Positions 11,230 to 22,789 of a DNA stretch of 59,602 bases are shown in pieces; position 1 is the stretch's first letter; each line of letters starts with the position of its first letter. Below the pieces are notes generated by a model that made no database searches, was not told the origin of the DNA, and saw only the letters and a program-made list of their open reading frames with translations. Source of the DNA: Carcharhinus longimanus (Eukaryota); the NCBI GenBank assembly GCA_030264375.1, contig JASCQW010000027.1, positions 74,041,277-74,100,878 of the forward strand. The letters run 5' to 3'. The position numbers were made by a program, and so were the translations under genes.

Positions 11230-12140
11230 AAGTTGACAGGACATTTTGGGGGAGCAGTTAGCTTTATATGGAATGGATGTTGTCAAGGTTTGTGCATACT
11301 GACATTATCTGTTTCAGTGGCCAAGGAATCAAGAATGATATTGAATATTGTACTATGATCAGTAAACACCCCCACTTGCTTTGTATGGAATCTTGGGCTT
11401 CATGAATAGAGGTTTTGAACACCAAAGAAGAAAACATATACTCACCCTCTGTAAAGTTCTGGTTAGGCTGCAACTATAACATTGTATCCAGTTCTGACCG
11501 CCACACTTTAGAAAGAATGTGAGGTCCTTGAGAGAGTTCCAAGGAGATTTACCAGAACAGATCCAGGGATGAGGAATTTCAGCTTCCTGTTTAGGTTGGA
11601 GAAGCTGTTCTTCATGAGCAAAGCAGATTGAGGGAAGGTTTGGTAGAGGTGCACAAAACCGTGACAGGTTTAGATAAGTTAGGCAAAGAAAAGCTTTTTG
11701 ATGGCACATGGATTGACGGACACCAATTTTGAAGTTTTGGACAGGAGATGCAGGGAAGATGTGAGAAATAACTTGTTAATGCAGCAAGTGATAATGACCC
11801 AGAACTCAATGTTTCTAAGGGTGGAGGAAGCAGAGACAATTATTTCAAACAGAAATTGAATGGGCACTTGGAGCAAAGAACAAAACAGAGTGATTGAGTT
11901 CCTCTTTATAGAGAATGGACTCGGGGCTGAATGGTCTTCTTCTGGACTCTATAACTTTAAATTAAATGTTTTGGGTACATATTTGGAATAATAGAATGAA
12001 TTTGTACTGGATCTAGTATTTTGTAACAAGATAGGAGTAATTAATAATCTCACAGTAAAGGTGCCCCAACATAGCAGTGACCGTAATATGATTGAATTTT
12101 ATATTCAGTTTGAGGGTGAGAGGAGTGAGTCTGAGACTAA

Positions 12141-12270
12141 GGGTGGGATTTTCTGGTTGCACTTGCCTAAAACTGGTAAATCCTGCCTGAGGTCAACAGA
12201 CCTTTACATGTTCTGCCCCACCACCTGCTCTGATTCCTGTGACACGTGGGACGAGAAAATTTTCTGTTTA
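12141..12270. mobile_element. Short non-autonomous DNA transposon (MITE, Harbinger-like termini)
   Basis: Imperfect terminal inverted repeats gggtgggattttct...gagaaaattttctg; similar element at 15166-15302. Confidence 0.4.
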
Positions 12271-12289
12271 GGTTGAGGTTTTGTTAGGG

Positions 12290-13505
12290 CCAGTTAGCTC
12301 CTGACTTCATTACACCTTTGGTCTAAACATGGACAAAAAAGTTGAACTCCAGAGGCAGGGTGAGAGTTACTGCACTTGACATCAAGGCAGCATTTGACCA
12401 ACTGTGGCAATAAGGAGCCCTAGCAAAACTGGAGTCAATGGGAATCGGAGGGGGGGGGGGGTACACTCACCATTGGTTAGAGTCATACATGGCACAAAGC
12501 AAGATGGTTGCAGTCGTTGGAGATCAATTATTTTGGTCCCCAGACATCTCTGCAGATGTTCCACTCGGTAGTACTCCAGGCTCAACCATCTTCAGTTGTT
12601 TCATCAGTGAGCTTCCATGATAAGGTCAGAAGTGGGGATGTTTACTGATCATTGTACAATGTTCAGTATCATTTTCAGATACTGAAACAGGTACTGTCAG
12701 TATGCACAAACCTCGAGAACATCCAGGCTTAGCCTGATAAGTGGCAAATAACATTCATGCCATGAAAGTGCAAGACGATATCCATCTTCAAAATAAGACA
12801 ATTTAACAATTTTGACTTGACATTCAATGGCATTACTAATGCTGAATATTTCACTATCAACATCTGGGGTTTACCATTGACCAGAAATTGAACTGGACCT
12901 GCCATAGATGTATTGTGGTTGCCAGAGCAGATCAGAGGCTGGGAATTCGATGGTGAGTAACCCATCTCTTGATTCCCAAAAGCCAGTACATCATCTACAA
13001 AGCACAGGTCAGGGGTGTAATGGAATACCCACTTGCCTGGATGAATGCAGTTCCAACAACACTCAAGAAGCTCAAAATCACCCAGGATCCAGCAGCCCAT
13101 TTGATTGCTACCTGCTCCACAAACATCCATTCTTTCCTCTGACATTCAGTGGCAGCAGTGCATACCATCTACAAGATGCACTGCAGCAACTCACCAAGGG
13201 CTCTTCAGCAGCACCTCCTAAACCCACAACCTCTAGTGTCTTGAACGATAAGGGCAGCAAATGCACGGGGAAACCAATTGCAAGTTCCCTTCCAAGCCAC
13301 ACAGGACCGTGACTTAGAAATACATCGCCATTCCTTCACTGCCATCATGTCAAAATCCTAGAAATCCCTTCGTAACAACATTCTGAGTGTACCTACAACA
13401 CATGGACTCATCAGTTCAAGAAGGCAGCTCACCACCAGTTTCTCAAGAGCAATTAGGGACGAGCAATAGATGTTGGCCGAGCCAGCTATGCCCACATCCC
13501 ATTAG
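12290..13505 (+). mobile_element. CR1/L2-group LINE, RT region to 3' end
   Basis: ALDIKAAFDQLW, WLESYMAQSKMVAVVG, VPLGSTPGSTIFSCFISELP, MFTD; 3' tail gcaattagggacgagcaatagatgttggccgagccagctatgcccacatccc. Confidence 0.8.
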
Positions 13506-14089
13506 AGAACAATTAAATCTCGGGCTAATGCCAAGGAGAGGGTTGGAGTTTGGATTGTGCGGATTTAAAACCATTACTTCAGTCTTCTCAATATTTAATT
13601 GAAAATAGAAAAATGTTTTTTTTACAAAAGTATTATTAAGATGTGGATTGGCAAATGAGAAACAGTGCGAGAAACTTAAGAAAAATGAAAAATTCCATTT
13701 AAACAGGGAAAGCAAAACAATAAAGACAGTTCTTTCAGTGAGTCTGCAAGGAGGCAATGGACCAAATGACCTCCTGCTATGCTGCGCTGTAACTTTCAAT
13801 GATGCTGTGATGCTATTTATTCATAAGACGTTTTAGAGCAGCGGCACATCAGAGGAATTGGAGATCAATGATTGCAACTTTTAAGCAAGAATTGCTTATA
13901 GCTACCAACTGAACTCTTAGTTGAGCAGCTGGTTTTGAATTTCATGGAACCATAATACCATACAGTGCAGAAGAAAGCCATTTGGCCAATTGAGCATGTG
14001 TCACCTGTTTGAAAATGCAAATAAATTACCTTCATCCATATATGCTGTTTTAATTTAGTTTTCCTATTTTCTAAACATACCTCCACAAA

Positions 14090-14382
14090 CCACGACCCTT
14101 GGCCAAGAGGATAGAGATGTGCACGCCTGGAGGAGGAGAAAGTAGGTTCCCGGACACGTGTCCTTTGTTTGAACAGAGGGGAGTACGGTAGGATGAGAGA
14201 AGAATTGGCGAATGTTGACTGGGGGAGCGCGTTGGANNNNNNNNNNNNNNNNNNNNNNNNNNNNNNNNNNNNNNNNNNNNNNNNNNNNNNNNNNNNNNNN
14301 NNNNNNNNNNNNNNNNNNNNNNNNNNNNNNNNNNNNTAGATGGCCTACTCCTGCTCCTATTTCTTATGTTCTTATGTTCTTA
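14090..14382 (+). mobile_element. 5'-truncated CR1 LINE spanning an N gap
   Basis: LNRGEYGRMREELANVDW (CR1 ORF2 linker) before the gap; gatggcctactcctgctcctat plus (TTCTTATG)n tail after it. Confidence 0.7.
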
Positions 14383-14485
14383 TATGATATTACCAGTCAA
14401 TAGTTAACCAAAAAGATGAGCCAGGTAATAACCCTTCTGAATATTTCCCAGTCTTTGAGTTCCTTGGGTCCCCTTGAATAAGCTA

Positions 14486-14552
14486 GTGGCTTGTGCAACC
14501 AAATAAATCTGTTGGACTTTAACCTGATGTTGTGAGACTTCTTACAGTGTTT
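14486..14552 (+). mobile_element. Penelope-like terminal fragment
   Basis: agctagtggcttgtgcaaccaaataaatctgttggactttaacctgatgttgtgagacttctta; same family as 49820-49913 and 56587-56834. Confidence 0.6.
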
Positions 14553-15781
14553 TCCCCTTGAATAAGTCATGGATAAAGCTTGCTGGGCAGTGTCAATAAT
14601 TACATAAATAATTTCAAAGATAAAAAGCAACATGTCAATTAGCAACATTTCTCAATAAGAGGAGAAAGCTTAAGTTTCACAACTCAGTGGACTTCTCACC
14701 ATCCTTCTCAGACCAGGACATGAAGTGAAGGCTCCAAAAATGTGTGAAAACAGCACTCCTCTTTACACCACTCTGTGGCTTCTCAACATCCCCTTTCTAC
14801 ACCTAAAACATGCTGAATGCCCATCTTAGTCAATTGTTGGAAAATAGCTAACCGGTCCAAAGTTTGTCATTAATGAAATAAGAGTTAGCCCATTGTATTT
14901 TTTCTTAGGCTAATTGCACATCTTGTTTCAACTTTAAGACAATGGCTTCTCTTAAGCTATATCTCTTATATCAGCCTAAAGATCAATTGGTTAACAAAAC
15001 TGCATTCGCTTTTAATTGAGACATTGCAAATAAAAGCCCATTCACTGCTTCAATCGAGGTTAAACAAATTCATGTTATCTTTTTAACCTGTCTGTAAAGG
15101 GAGTGTCTTACAATTCTCCCAACATTTTAAGAATTTGTATTAAAAATCAAGTTTTAATGATATAATGGTCGAATTCTCTGACCTCGTCCACGGCTGGGAT
15201 TCTCCAATCCTGCTGCAGTGAATGGAGTTTTGGCTGGGCACCAAATTCTCCATTTTCCCAGATATTGGTGGCAGGGTGAGTGAGATCAGAGAATCCAAGC
15301 CAATGTGTTTATAATTATCACTTAAAGTTAAACACTTTGCGTTATGGATTCCATCATCAACCTTAGTAACATTCTGTTAATGAATTACTTGTTCTTTAAT
15401 TGTCACACAATTGAGGCTGTCTATTTAACTGATCTGGCAGATTTCCAGCAATGCAGGTTTAGTTTGTTTTAAATGGCTTTTGTCAATTTAGCAGAAAATG
15501 CTGCGTAATGTTAATTCAGACTACAAAAGGATAGTCACACTAAAATTATTGACTTAGATTACCAACAACTTCAATCTACATGAGTGTCAGTGTGATACCA
15601 GAGAATTGCAAACGTTACACCCTTGTTCAGAAAGCAGTGTAAATACAAACCCAGCAACCAAGGGTCAGTGAATTTAACTTCAGTGATGGGGAAACTTCCA
15701 GAAACAATAATTTAGACAAAATTAATAATCACATGGACAGATGTGGGTTAATGAAGGAAAGGCAGCATGTCTGTCATTTAC

Positions 15782-15995
15782 AAGAGTTCCAGCCTGTTTC
15801 CTTCAAGAACTTAGCCGATTCTCTCCAGGTAGCAGTATCCACGTGAACAGTGTTCTACCAGTGCAATCATCTACACAGTGGCATCCTTCTTTGTGAAACC
15901 CTTGCAACTCTGACCCCTCACTGGTTGTGGCTGTGTGAATCTACCAGAACTGTCTTCACCTTCACACGGTCTGGCCTGTTCTGAGCATTCAGTCA
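15782..15995 (-). pseudogene. Candidate decayed exon of a nested antisense VWA3/DUF4537-like gene
   Basis: Minus-strand acceptor gtttgtttcactttctAG and donor GTAAAT; reads ...MIALVEHCSRGYCYLERIG* with internal stops, loosely like the DUF4537 ARxxxDGxYYxGxI motif. Confidence 0.3.
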
Positions 15996-16169
15996 CTAGA
16001 AAGTGAAACAAACAACAGCAGTTGTCTAACATGTGTTTTCTGACCATTCAAAAAACCAGTTCTCTCACTGAGCTTGCAGACTGTGTCTTCTCGCCAGCCC
16101 TTCCCTTTTCTTTTCATCTCTCTGCCACTTGGCTTCAGTATTTCTAAATTCCTTTTGACGCTGCTTCCA

Positions 16170-16520
16170 GATCACGCAGCCCACCCCACCACGCAAACCA
16201 GCCCCCCATCTGTCAACACCACCACCATTTCTCACTGCTGCAGAAAAGCAGCCAGCATAATCAAGCACCTCACGCACGGGAAAAGATACAAAAATCTGAG
16301 ATCATGTACCAATCGACGCAAGAGCATCTTCCCTGCTGCCATCATACTTTTGAATGGACCTACTTTATATTAAGTTGATCTTTCTCTACACCCTGCAACT
16401 GTATCACTGCATTCTTCACTCTCTCCTTTCCTTCTCCTCCATATACTCTGTGAACGGTATGCTTTGTGTGCATCATGTGCAAGGAAAAACGCTTTTCAAT
16501 ATATGTGACAATAATAAAAT
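16170..16520 (+). mobile_element. Rex1/Babar-type LINE 3' fragment
   Basis: HCCRKAASIIKHLTHGKRYKNLRSCTNRRKSIFPAAIILLNG, ending tgtgacaataataaaatcaa. Confidence 0.7.
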
Positions 16521-16600
16521 CAAGGGTTGATTATCAGGTCACATGGTATTTCCTATTATCCAGAAAATTTAACTGACCACTTTACAATTGATACAAAATC

Positions 16601-17030
16601 TTAAAACTCGTTTTCAAACATTTTTAATTTTTCAAACAATTCACCATTTTGTCCATCCTGTGTTGCGATTGTTAAAACTGAAAATTCTTGATTTGCACAA
16701 ATAAGTGAAGTGACAAATTTAACTGAAATATGTGAATTGTATGTTAGAAATTGATTAGGAAAACCATCAGTGAATAAAATTAAAACATACAATGAGGAAT
16801 CGGAAGTACTAAATATCCAACTCAATACAACTCAACAAATCAACAAGATCATTCAAAATGTTTAATTTTCAAATTCATTTAATGTCCATCTTGGTTTGTT
16901 ACTAGATAACTACTTTGATAAAGCAGAAAATGCAATCACATTAAAAAAAAATTAACTTATCCAAACACTAATCAACAGAACCATCTTGAAGTCTTTCAGG
17001 AGTAAGGCTGTTTGTCTCTGCTGGACTTCA
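16601..17030 (-). pseudogene. Decayed von Willebrand factor A (VWA3-like) domain coding segment
   Basis: Minus strand reads LLKDFKMVLL / CLDKLIFF-NVIAFS...(stops, frameshifts)...LYVLILFTDGFPNQ...FSVLTIA...ELFEKLK. FNxIAFS and xxxFTDGxP are vWA strand motifs, here in the correct order. Confidence 0.55.
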
Positions 17031-17104
17031 TGTTTGCTTTTGCTCCATTCTCAGAATTGAAGTACTTTTTATTTTTACTAAGTTTTCCCCACAGTGTTGG
17101 GTTT

Positions 17105-17950
17105 TCAAGAGTCTGTTGGTATTGGTGACACCTTACCCTTAGACCCAGCTGGTTCCCTCAACATGTTTCTGACCTGCTGCAGGCTTCCACAATGATCTAA
17201 TTGCCTGCCCACATCTTCCAGGATGTTTTGACAACCTGCTTTGAATTTTTGGGCTATTTTGATAACTTGGCTTGAGAATTGCTGAGAGATTTTTACATTC
17301 ATAAGCCATAATCAAACGTAGCTTGCATTGGGAATGGAGCTACACTATGGTCAACAATGAATCATAATGTTGGGTGAGGAGTTGTTGCGAGTGCAACTGT
17401 GTCCCATTTTACGCAGAGAATTTAATTATTTTAAAGGAAGTTTTATTCCTGGGCTTCATTGGAGACAATCAATTTATTCTAATGAGGGGATAAGCAGAAT
17501 TTATCTGAATTGGATTTTAAATGGCCATTATCCCCGGAGCACACTTGAGCCACATTCTTTATGTGGTTGTTCACAGTGCCTGCATTGTTTAAAGGTAAAT
17601 AAAAACGGAATTGATGGATTTTTGGAAATGAAGGTTAATCTCTACATTGATAGTTGGTGAAATTCCTGAGAAACCGTCCAACAGTAGACAAAAGACTTAG
17701 ATTGGAAGTCTGGAAAGCTACCTGCTGGTCCTCAGTGGCCAACCCTCTGTCACATGTGCTGCATCTTTGGTAAAGTGAAAGCTGTGTTCAGAAGAAGAAC
17801 GCAAAATGTGGTATTTCCCAGAGGGTACAGTAGCTCCTAGCCATGGTCTCTTCCAAGCCTGATGAATCCTTCAAGAAGTATGTGTAATACTCGGCATATA
17901 TTCCTTCACCTCTACTATCCTCATGATACCAAAAATCTTTTCCTCAGCTA
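17105..17950 (-). pseudogene. Candidate decayed exons (DUF4537/Tudor-like) of the same antisense gene
   Basis: Minus-strand donor at 17720-17721 and acceptor tttacctttaaacaatgcAG at 17580-17581, giving PAG|TVNNHIKNVAQVCSGDNGHLKSNSDKF and later MNVKISQQF, resembling the VWA3B C-terminal region from memory. Confidence 0.35.
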
Positions 17951-18309
17951 CACATAGCTGCTATGACAATACCATGAATATTGAAAGATAGGAACAGGAG
18001 CAGGCCGTTTAAACGCTCGAGCCTGTACTACCATTCATGGCTGATCTGCGACCTAACACTACTCACCATCCTTCGTATCTCTTAATGCCTTTGGTTAACA
18101 AAAAGCTATCAATCTCATATTTGACATGAACAACTAATCCAGCATCAACTGCCATTTGAGGAAGAGAGTTCCAACTTCTAGCATCTTTTGCTTTTGAAGT
18201 GTTTTCTAGCTTCACTCCTGAACAGTCTGGCACTATTATTTAGACTAAGTCTGAGACTCATCCACCAGTGGAAACAATTTCTCTCAATCTATCCTATCAG
18301 TCTCCCATA

Positions 18310-18660
18310 TTTTGCTTTTATTCGTTCATGGGATGTGGGCTTTGCTGGCTGGGCCAACGTTTATTGCCCATCCCTGAGAGTATTTAAGAGTCAACCACAT
18401 CGCTGTAGGTCCAAAGTCACATGTAGGCCAGACCAGGTAAGGATGGCAGATTTCCTTCCTTAAAGGACATCTGCAAACTAGATGGGTTTTTTTCAACAAT
18501 CAACAATGGTTTCATGGTCATCGTTAGACTTTTAAGTCCAGATTTTTATTGAATTCGGATTTCACACACTACCATGGTGGAATTCAAAGCCGGGTCCCCA
18601 GGGCTTTACCTTGGGTCTCTGGATGCTAGTGCAGTGACAGTACCACTACACTACCACATT
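18310..18660 (-). mobile_element. Non-autonomous element carrying the CR1/L2-group LINE 3' tail
   Basis: ttcatgggatgtgggctttgctggctgggccaacgtttattgcccatccct is the reverse complement of the tail at 13450-13500; paralogous to 19405-19765. Confidence 0.65.
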
Positions 18661-19404
18661 CACCTTTCATTGAAAGCTTGGATGAAATCACTGCTTAATC
18701 ATCCAAACTCTAGAGAATATAACCATAGTTTAATCTCACCTTGTAATTTAGTTCTTGAAGTTCAGATATAGTTCTAATGAAACTGGCTAGAATTCCTGAG
18801 TGTCACTTTCTCTTGGGAGTACTGCAATGTACAATCATCCCAAATTCCCCCTCCTTATTATAGGCCACTGAACAGTTCTTAACAATTTCAAATTAAAGTC
18901 CAACATGGCTTTTGGGTTCCAGTATATTTGAGTTCAGCACCTATAACTGTGCTGATGTTTTAGGGGTCAAAGTTGGCTATTGCATGTAATCACTGTTCAA
19001 ACTGGAATAATTTATTAGACAGTCCTGTTTGTGGTCACAGTAAAATATAGAAGGTATAACTCATGCTATTCTTTTGAGCTTGAGATTAAAATGGGGATGA
19101 GGAAGGGGGTGCATGAGTATGGATTTCCCTGAAAATAGACTGTCATATTTGTAAACACCCTACCCTCACGACAAAAAGTTTATCCCCCTTCCCCGTCACT
19201 GTGTCAGCTTGAACCAGACTGTTAAGCAACCTCTGTATACTATTAGACTTCAAGTTGGGCTTTGAACCCCCTCACAGCTCCACCAGTGAGGCAGCTTACT
19301 GCTAACTGGCTCCTCAATATTTCAATTAGCTACTGAACCCTTCATCATGCTTTTTTACTCCCAGACTCGGCCATCCGTAATCATTCATTATTTATTTATT
19401 TTTT

Positions 19405-19765
19405 ATTATTGATTTGTGGAAGTTGGGCATTGCTGCCTGGCTAGCATTTATTGCCTATCCCTCGTTGCCCTTGGAGGGCAGTTGAGAATCAACCATATTG
19501 CTGTGGCTCAGCAGTCACATGTAGGCCAGACCGGGTAAGGACGGCAGGTTTTCCTTCCTTAAAGGACTTTAGCGAACCAGATGGGTTTTTCCGACAATCA
19601 GCAATGGTTTCATGGTCATCAGTAAATTCTAAATTCCAGATATTTTTTATTGAGTTCAAATTCCATCATCTGCTGTGGCAGGATTTGAACCGGGGTCCCC
19701 AGATTATTAGCTGAATTTATGGATTAATAGTCCAGCGAAAATATCACTAGGCCATTGCCTCCCCT
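19405..19765 (-). mobile_element. Second copy of the same SINE-like element
   Basis: Shares gtcacatgtaggccagacc.ggtaagga.ggcag.tttccttcc.taaaggac with 18415-18470; tRNA-like end ggatttgaacc. Confidence 0.65.
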
Positions 19766-21149
19766 TCGTGGCCTCCAATTTGCCACACTTCTGGATCTGG
19801 CATTTTGGTATTTCAACTCAAGCAAAATTTCATGCCCATCTCAGCAAACCCTTCTTGCCCCTCACCCCTACATTGACTTTTATTTTGCAAAGCTTCAAAT
19901 GTAAAATTCTTATCCTTGTTTTAAATATTTTCATACACTTCTACCAATCAGACCTCCTTCAGCATTATAGTCCCACCAAAATTCTCTGTTTCTCTTTCTT
20001 ACTTTGGCAATTTTGTGCATCCTATATCCTATGAATGGTCATTATTGATAAGAAAGAGGAACAGAGAATTTTGGTGTGATTGTAGTGCTGAAGTAGGTCT
20101 GATTGGTAGAAGCGTGTGAAAATTCAGCCCCAAACCCCCTAACTTTTTCTCCAGCTTGAAGGTCCACTTTTGGACCAGGCCCATTCCATCCAATATCTCC
20201 TTTGACTGCATGTCTATTTTTAGTCTGTCTCTATGCTTGTTAAGCAGCTTGGGAAGTTTTTCTATGAATAAGGTATTGTATTTAAGTAAAAGTTGTTTTT
20301 TTGAATCACAATTTAAAATATATGTTTGATGGTTCAGAAATAAATATATTTCATCATGTCCTGAAAACTCAAATTTGTATGTTATTGTTTTTAATGCTGC
20401 AACAGTTAAAATCAGAGGTGGGAATTATCCGGTTAAGAAATCACTAATTTCTTGTCTGATGTCTACTCAATATTAACACCCTGGATAAGAATCATAGAAT
20501 CATAAAGTTTAGAACAGGCCCTTCAGCCCGTTGAATCTGTACCAACACACAAGAAATACCAGACTTCCCACCTAATCCCCTTCACCAGCACTTTAGCACA
20601 GCTGAAGTTTCTATCAGATTAATGCCTAAAATTTAAATACTACAATAAAAAGTAACAATAGACACAAGTGGTAAATCACTAGAGATATGAGTATGGTTTG
20701 GGTATTTTACGAGTTAAGTGTAGCTACTGTATTTTGTACGTATTATTCAGATTCAGTGTAATTAGCTTTATGCATGAGGGAGCGAGTGTAATTAAAAGTG
20801 CGCACCTGTCAGCACGTTGGAATAAAAGCATTACAGTTCATTAATACACCGACATATCTGAGAGAATTTATGAACAAAAAAAGCTGAATTTAACTTGCTT
20901 GTCACTGCGATCATGGCTAACTCCATTTCATTTTTTACTCATGTTGTCCTTTGCTGCTGTTTTATTGTGTCTCATAGAAGCTGATGTTGCAGCAGAGCTG
21001 GATCTTGAGCATTGCTGGAGTTCAGTCAAAGATCACTGGGTGTGTGAAATACGTAGCTAGAGTTCAGATGGGGGTGTGAATGGTTTGATGGAACAAAAGT
21101 TGTTGATAATTTATTGAGTTGTAAAGATGCTTGGAAAATTTTAACAAAT

Positions 21150-21440
21150 CATTTGTGGAATGTGGGCTTTGTTGGCGAGACCATTATTTGTTGCCCATCC
21201 TTAATTATCCTTGAAAAGGTGGTGGTGAGCCGTCGTCTTGAAGTGCTGTCCATGTAGGTACACCCTCTGTGCTGTTAGAGAGGGGGTTAAAGGATTTTGT
21301 CCCAGTAGCAGTGAAGGAACGATGATATAGTTCCAAGTCAGGATGGTGAGTAACTTGGAGGGGAACATCTGGGTGGTGGTTTTCCAGGTGCCGTTGTCCT
21401 TCTAGATGGTGGGGCCATGAGCCTTGGTGAGTTCCTGCTT
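21150..21440 (-). mobile_element. CR1/L2-group LINE 3' fragment
   Basis: Reverse complement of the 13200-13500 family 3' end. Confidence 0.65.
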
Positions 21441-21464
21441 CAAAACTATTGAAGGGATCTACCA

Positions 21465-21692
21465 AGGCAGATTTTTTAAACAGAGGGTGGTGGGTGCCTG
21501 GAACTCGTTGCCAGGGGAGGTAGTGGAAGCAGATATGAAAGTGACTTTTAAGAGACTATACATGAATAGGATGGGAATAGAGGGATATGGTCCCCAGAAG
21601 GATAGGGGTTTTCGTTCAGTCGGGCAGCATGCTCGGTGCAGGGCTTGGAGGGCCACAGGGCCTGTTCCTGTGCTGTAATTTTTTTGTTCTTT
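21465..21692 (+). mobile_element. CR1 LINE 3' end
   Basis: FFKQRVVGAWNSLPGEVVEADMKVTFKRLYMN, the conserved CR1 ORF2 C-terminus, plus 3' UTR. Confidence 0.8.
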
Positions 21693-22789
21693 GAACTAAT
21701 TTGAGTGAAAAAGATACACATATGGATGAAACTCAGTATTGTCATTGTTACAATTCCTGTGGGAGGTTCGTTAACCAAAATAACCAAATTTACTGAATGA
21801 CATCCTCCAGATGAAGAAATGATCAACAAGATTCCACTTTTTGTAACATTTACTTGAACATGCATCAGGAACAATACAAATTAAATATGAATTGACAGGC
21901 AAATGACACTTAAAGTGAGAAATAAATTTACATTTCAACAAGTCAGTCTAACAAACATACATCCTATGCAACCACAAGCAGCCGCACCACATTCCCATCC
22001 CCATAACTGTGGTACCCTGTGTAATCGGGTGGAATTTCCTGTTGTTTTGATGAAGTGTCTACTCAGATGGGAAAAGNNNNNNNNNNNNNNNNNNNNNNNN
22101 NNNNNNNNNNNNNNNNNNNNNNNNNNNNNNNNNNNNNNNNNNNNNNNNNNNNNNNNNNNNNNNNNNNNNNNNNNNNNNNNNNNNNNNNNNNNNNNNNNNG
22201 GAATGATTCTTAAAAAGTTAAAAGAAACTTCCTCCCCCCCCGACAGGGAAACATATCGAAGCACATGAGGAACCGCCCCCACCATGGACCTCCCCATCAG
22301 AAGCCCCTCCTCGACATTGCCCTTGTCAGTGCCCCCTGGAGGGGCTGTGCAGGCAGCACTGCCGAGGCACTGCAGGGCACTGCTCTATGCATGACCATTA
22401 TCACCCCCTACCCCCACAGGAACTGTTCTTCGCTGTGCACCCGTGACATGGTCCATTCTTCAGGTCCTCATTGGTCAAACACTGTTGTAAACCCCATCGA
22501 TGTGATACCATGAAGTAGCCCACCAAAGATATTAAAATGTATGGTAATGACCTTTCATGGTAGGATCTCCATTATGTCATTAATGGGGTTGGGGGTGGTG
22601 GTGGTAGTGGAGATAATCAGAATTGAAAATCCCACTGGCTTTAAAGCTGTTTGGGGCTAAACCCCACCCCCTGAGTCTTCCCAACTGAGCTTCTGGTACT
22701 TCGGACCTCTCACATTTCCACTCAATTGATTCAGCCATTCACCAGCGGCTGTGTTCCAAACCCAGATGGGTGTTAACACTGACAAGACA

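Larger units (their letters stand above)
9680..11960 (+). mobile_element. Old CR1 LINE ORF2/3' remnant interrupted by two younger insertions
   Basis: Degenerate RT-region motifs (vvcMDFnKgFDKV near 9840-9875) and a CR1 3' end at ~11900-11955. Confidence 0.7.

Noticed and set aside
20978-21040. Possible plus-strand KIF3C exon after ctcatAG
   Set aside because: Translation shows no similarity to the expected AMESKLL...DHTNEQQ exon and the donor is weak.
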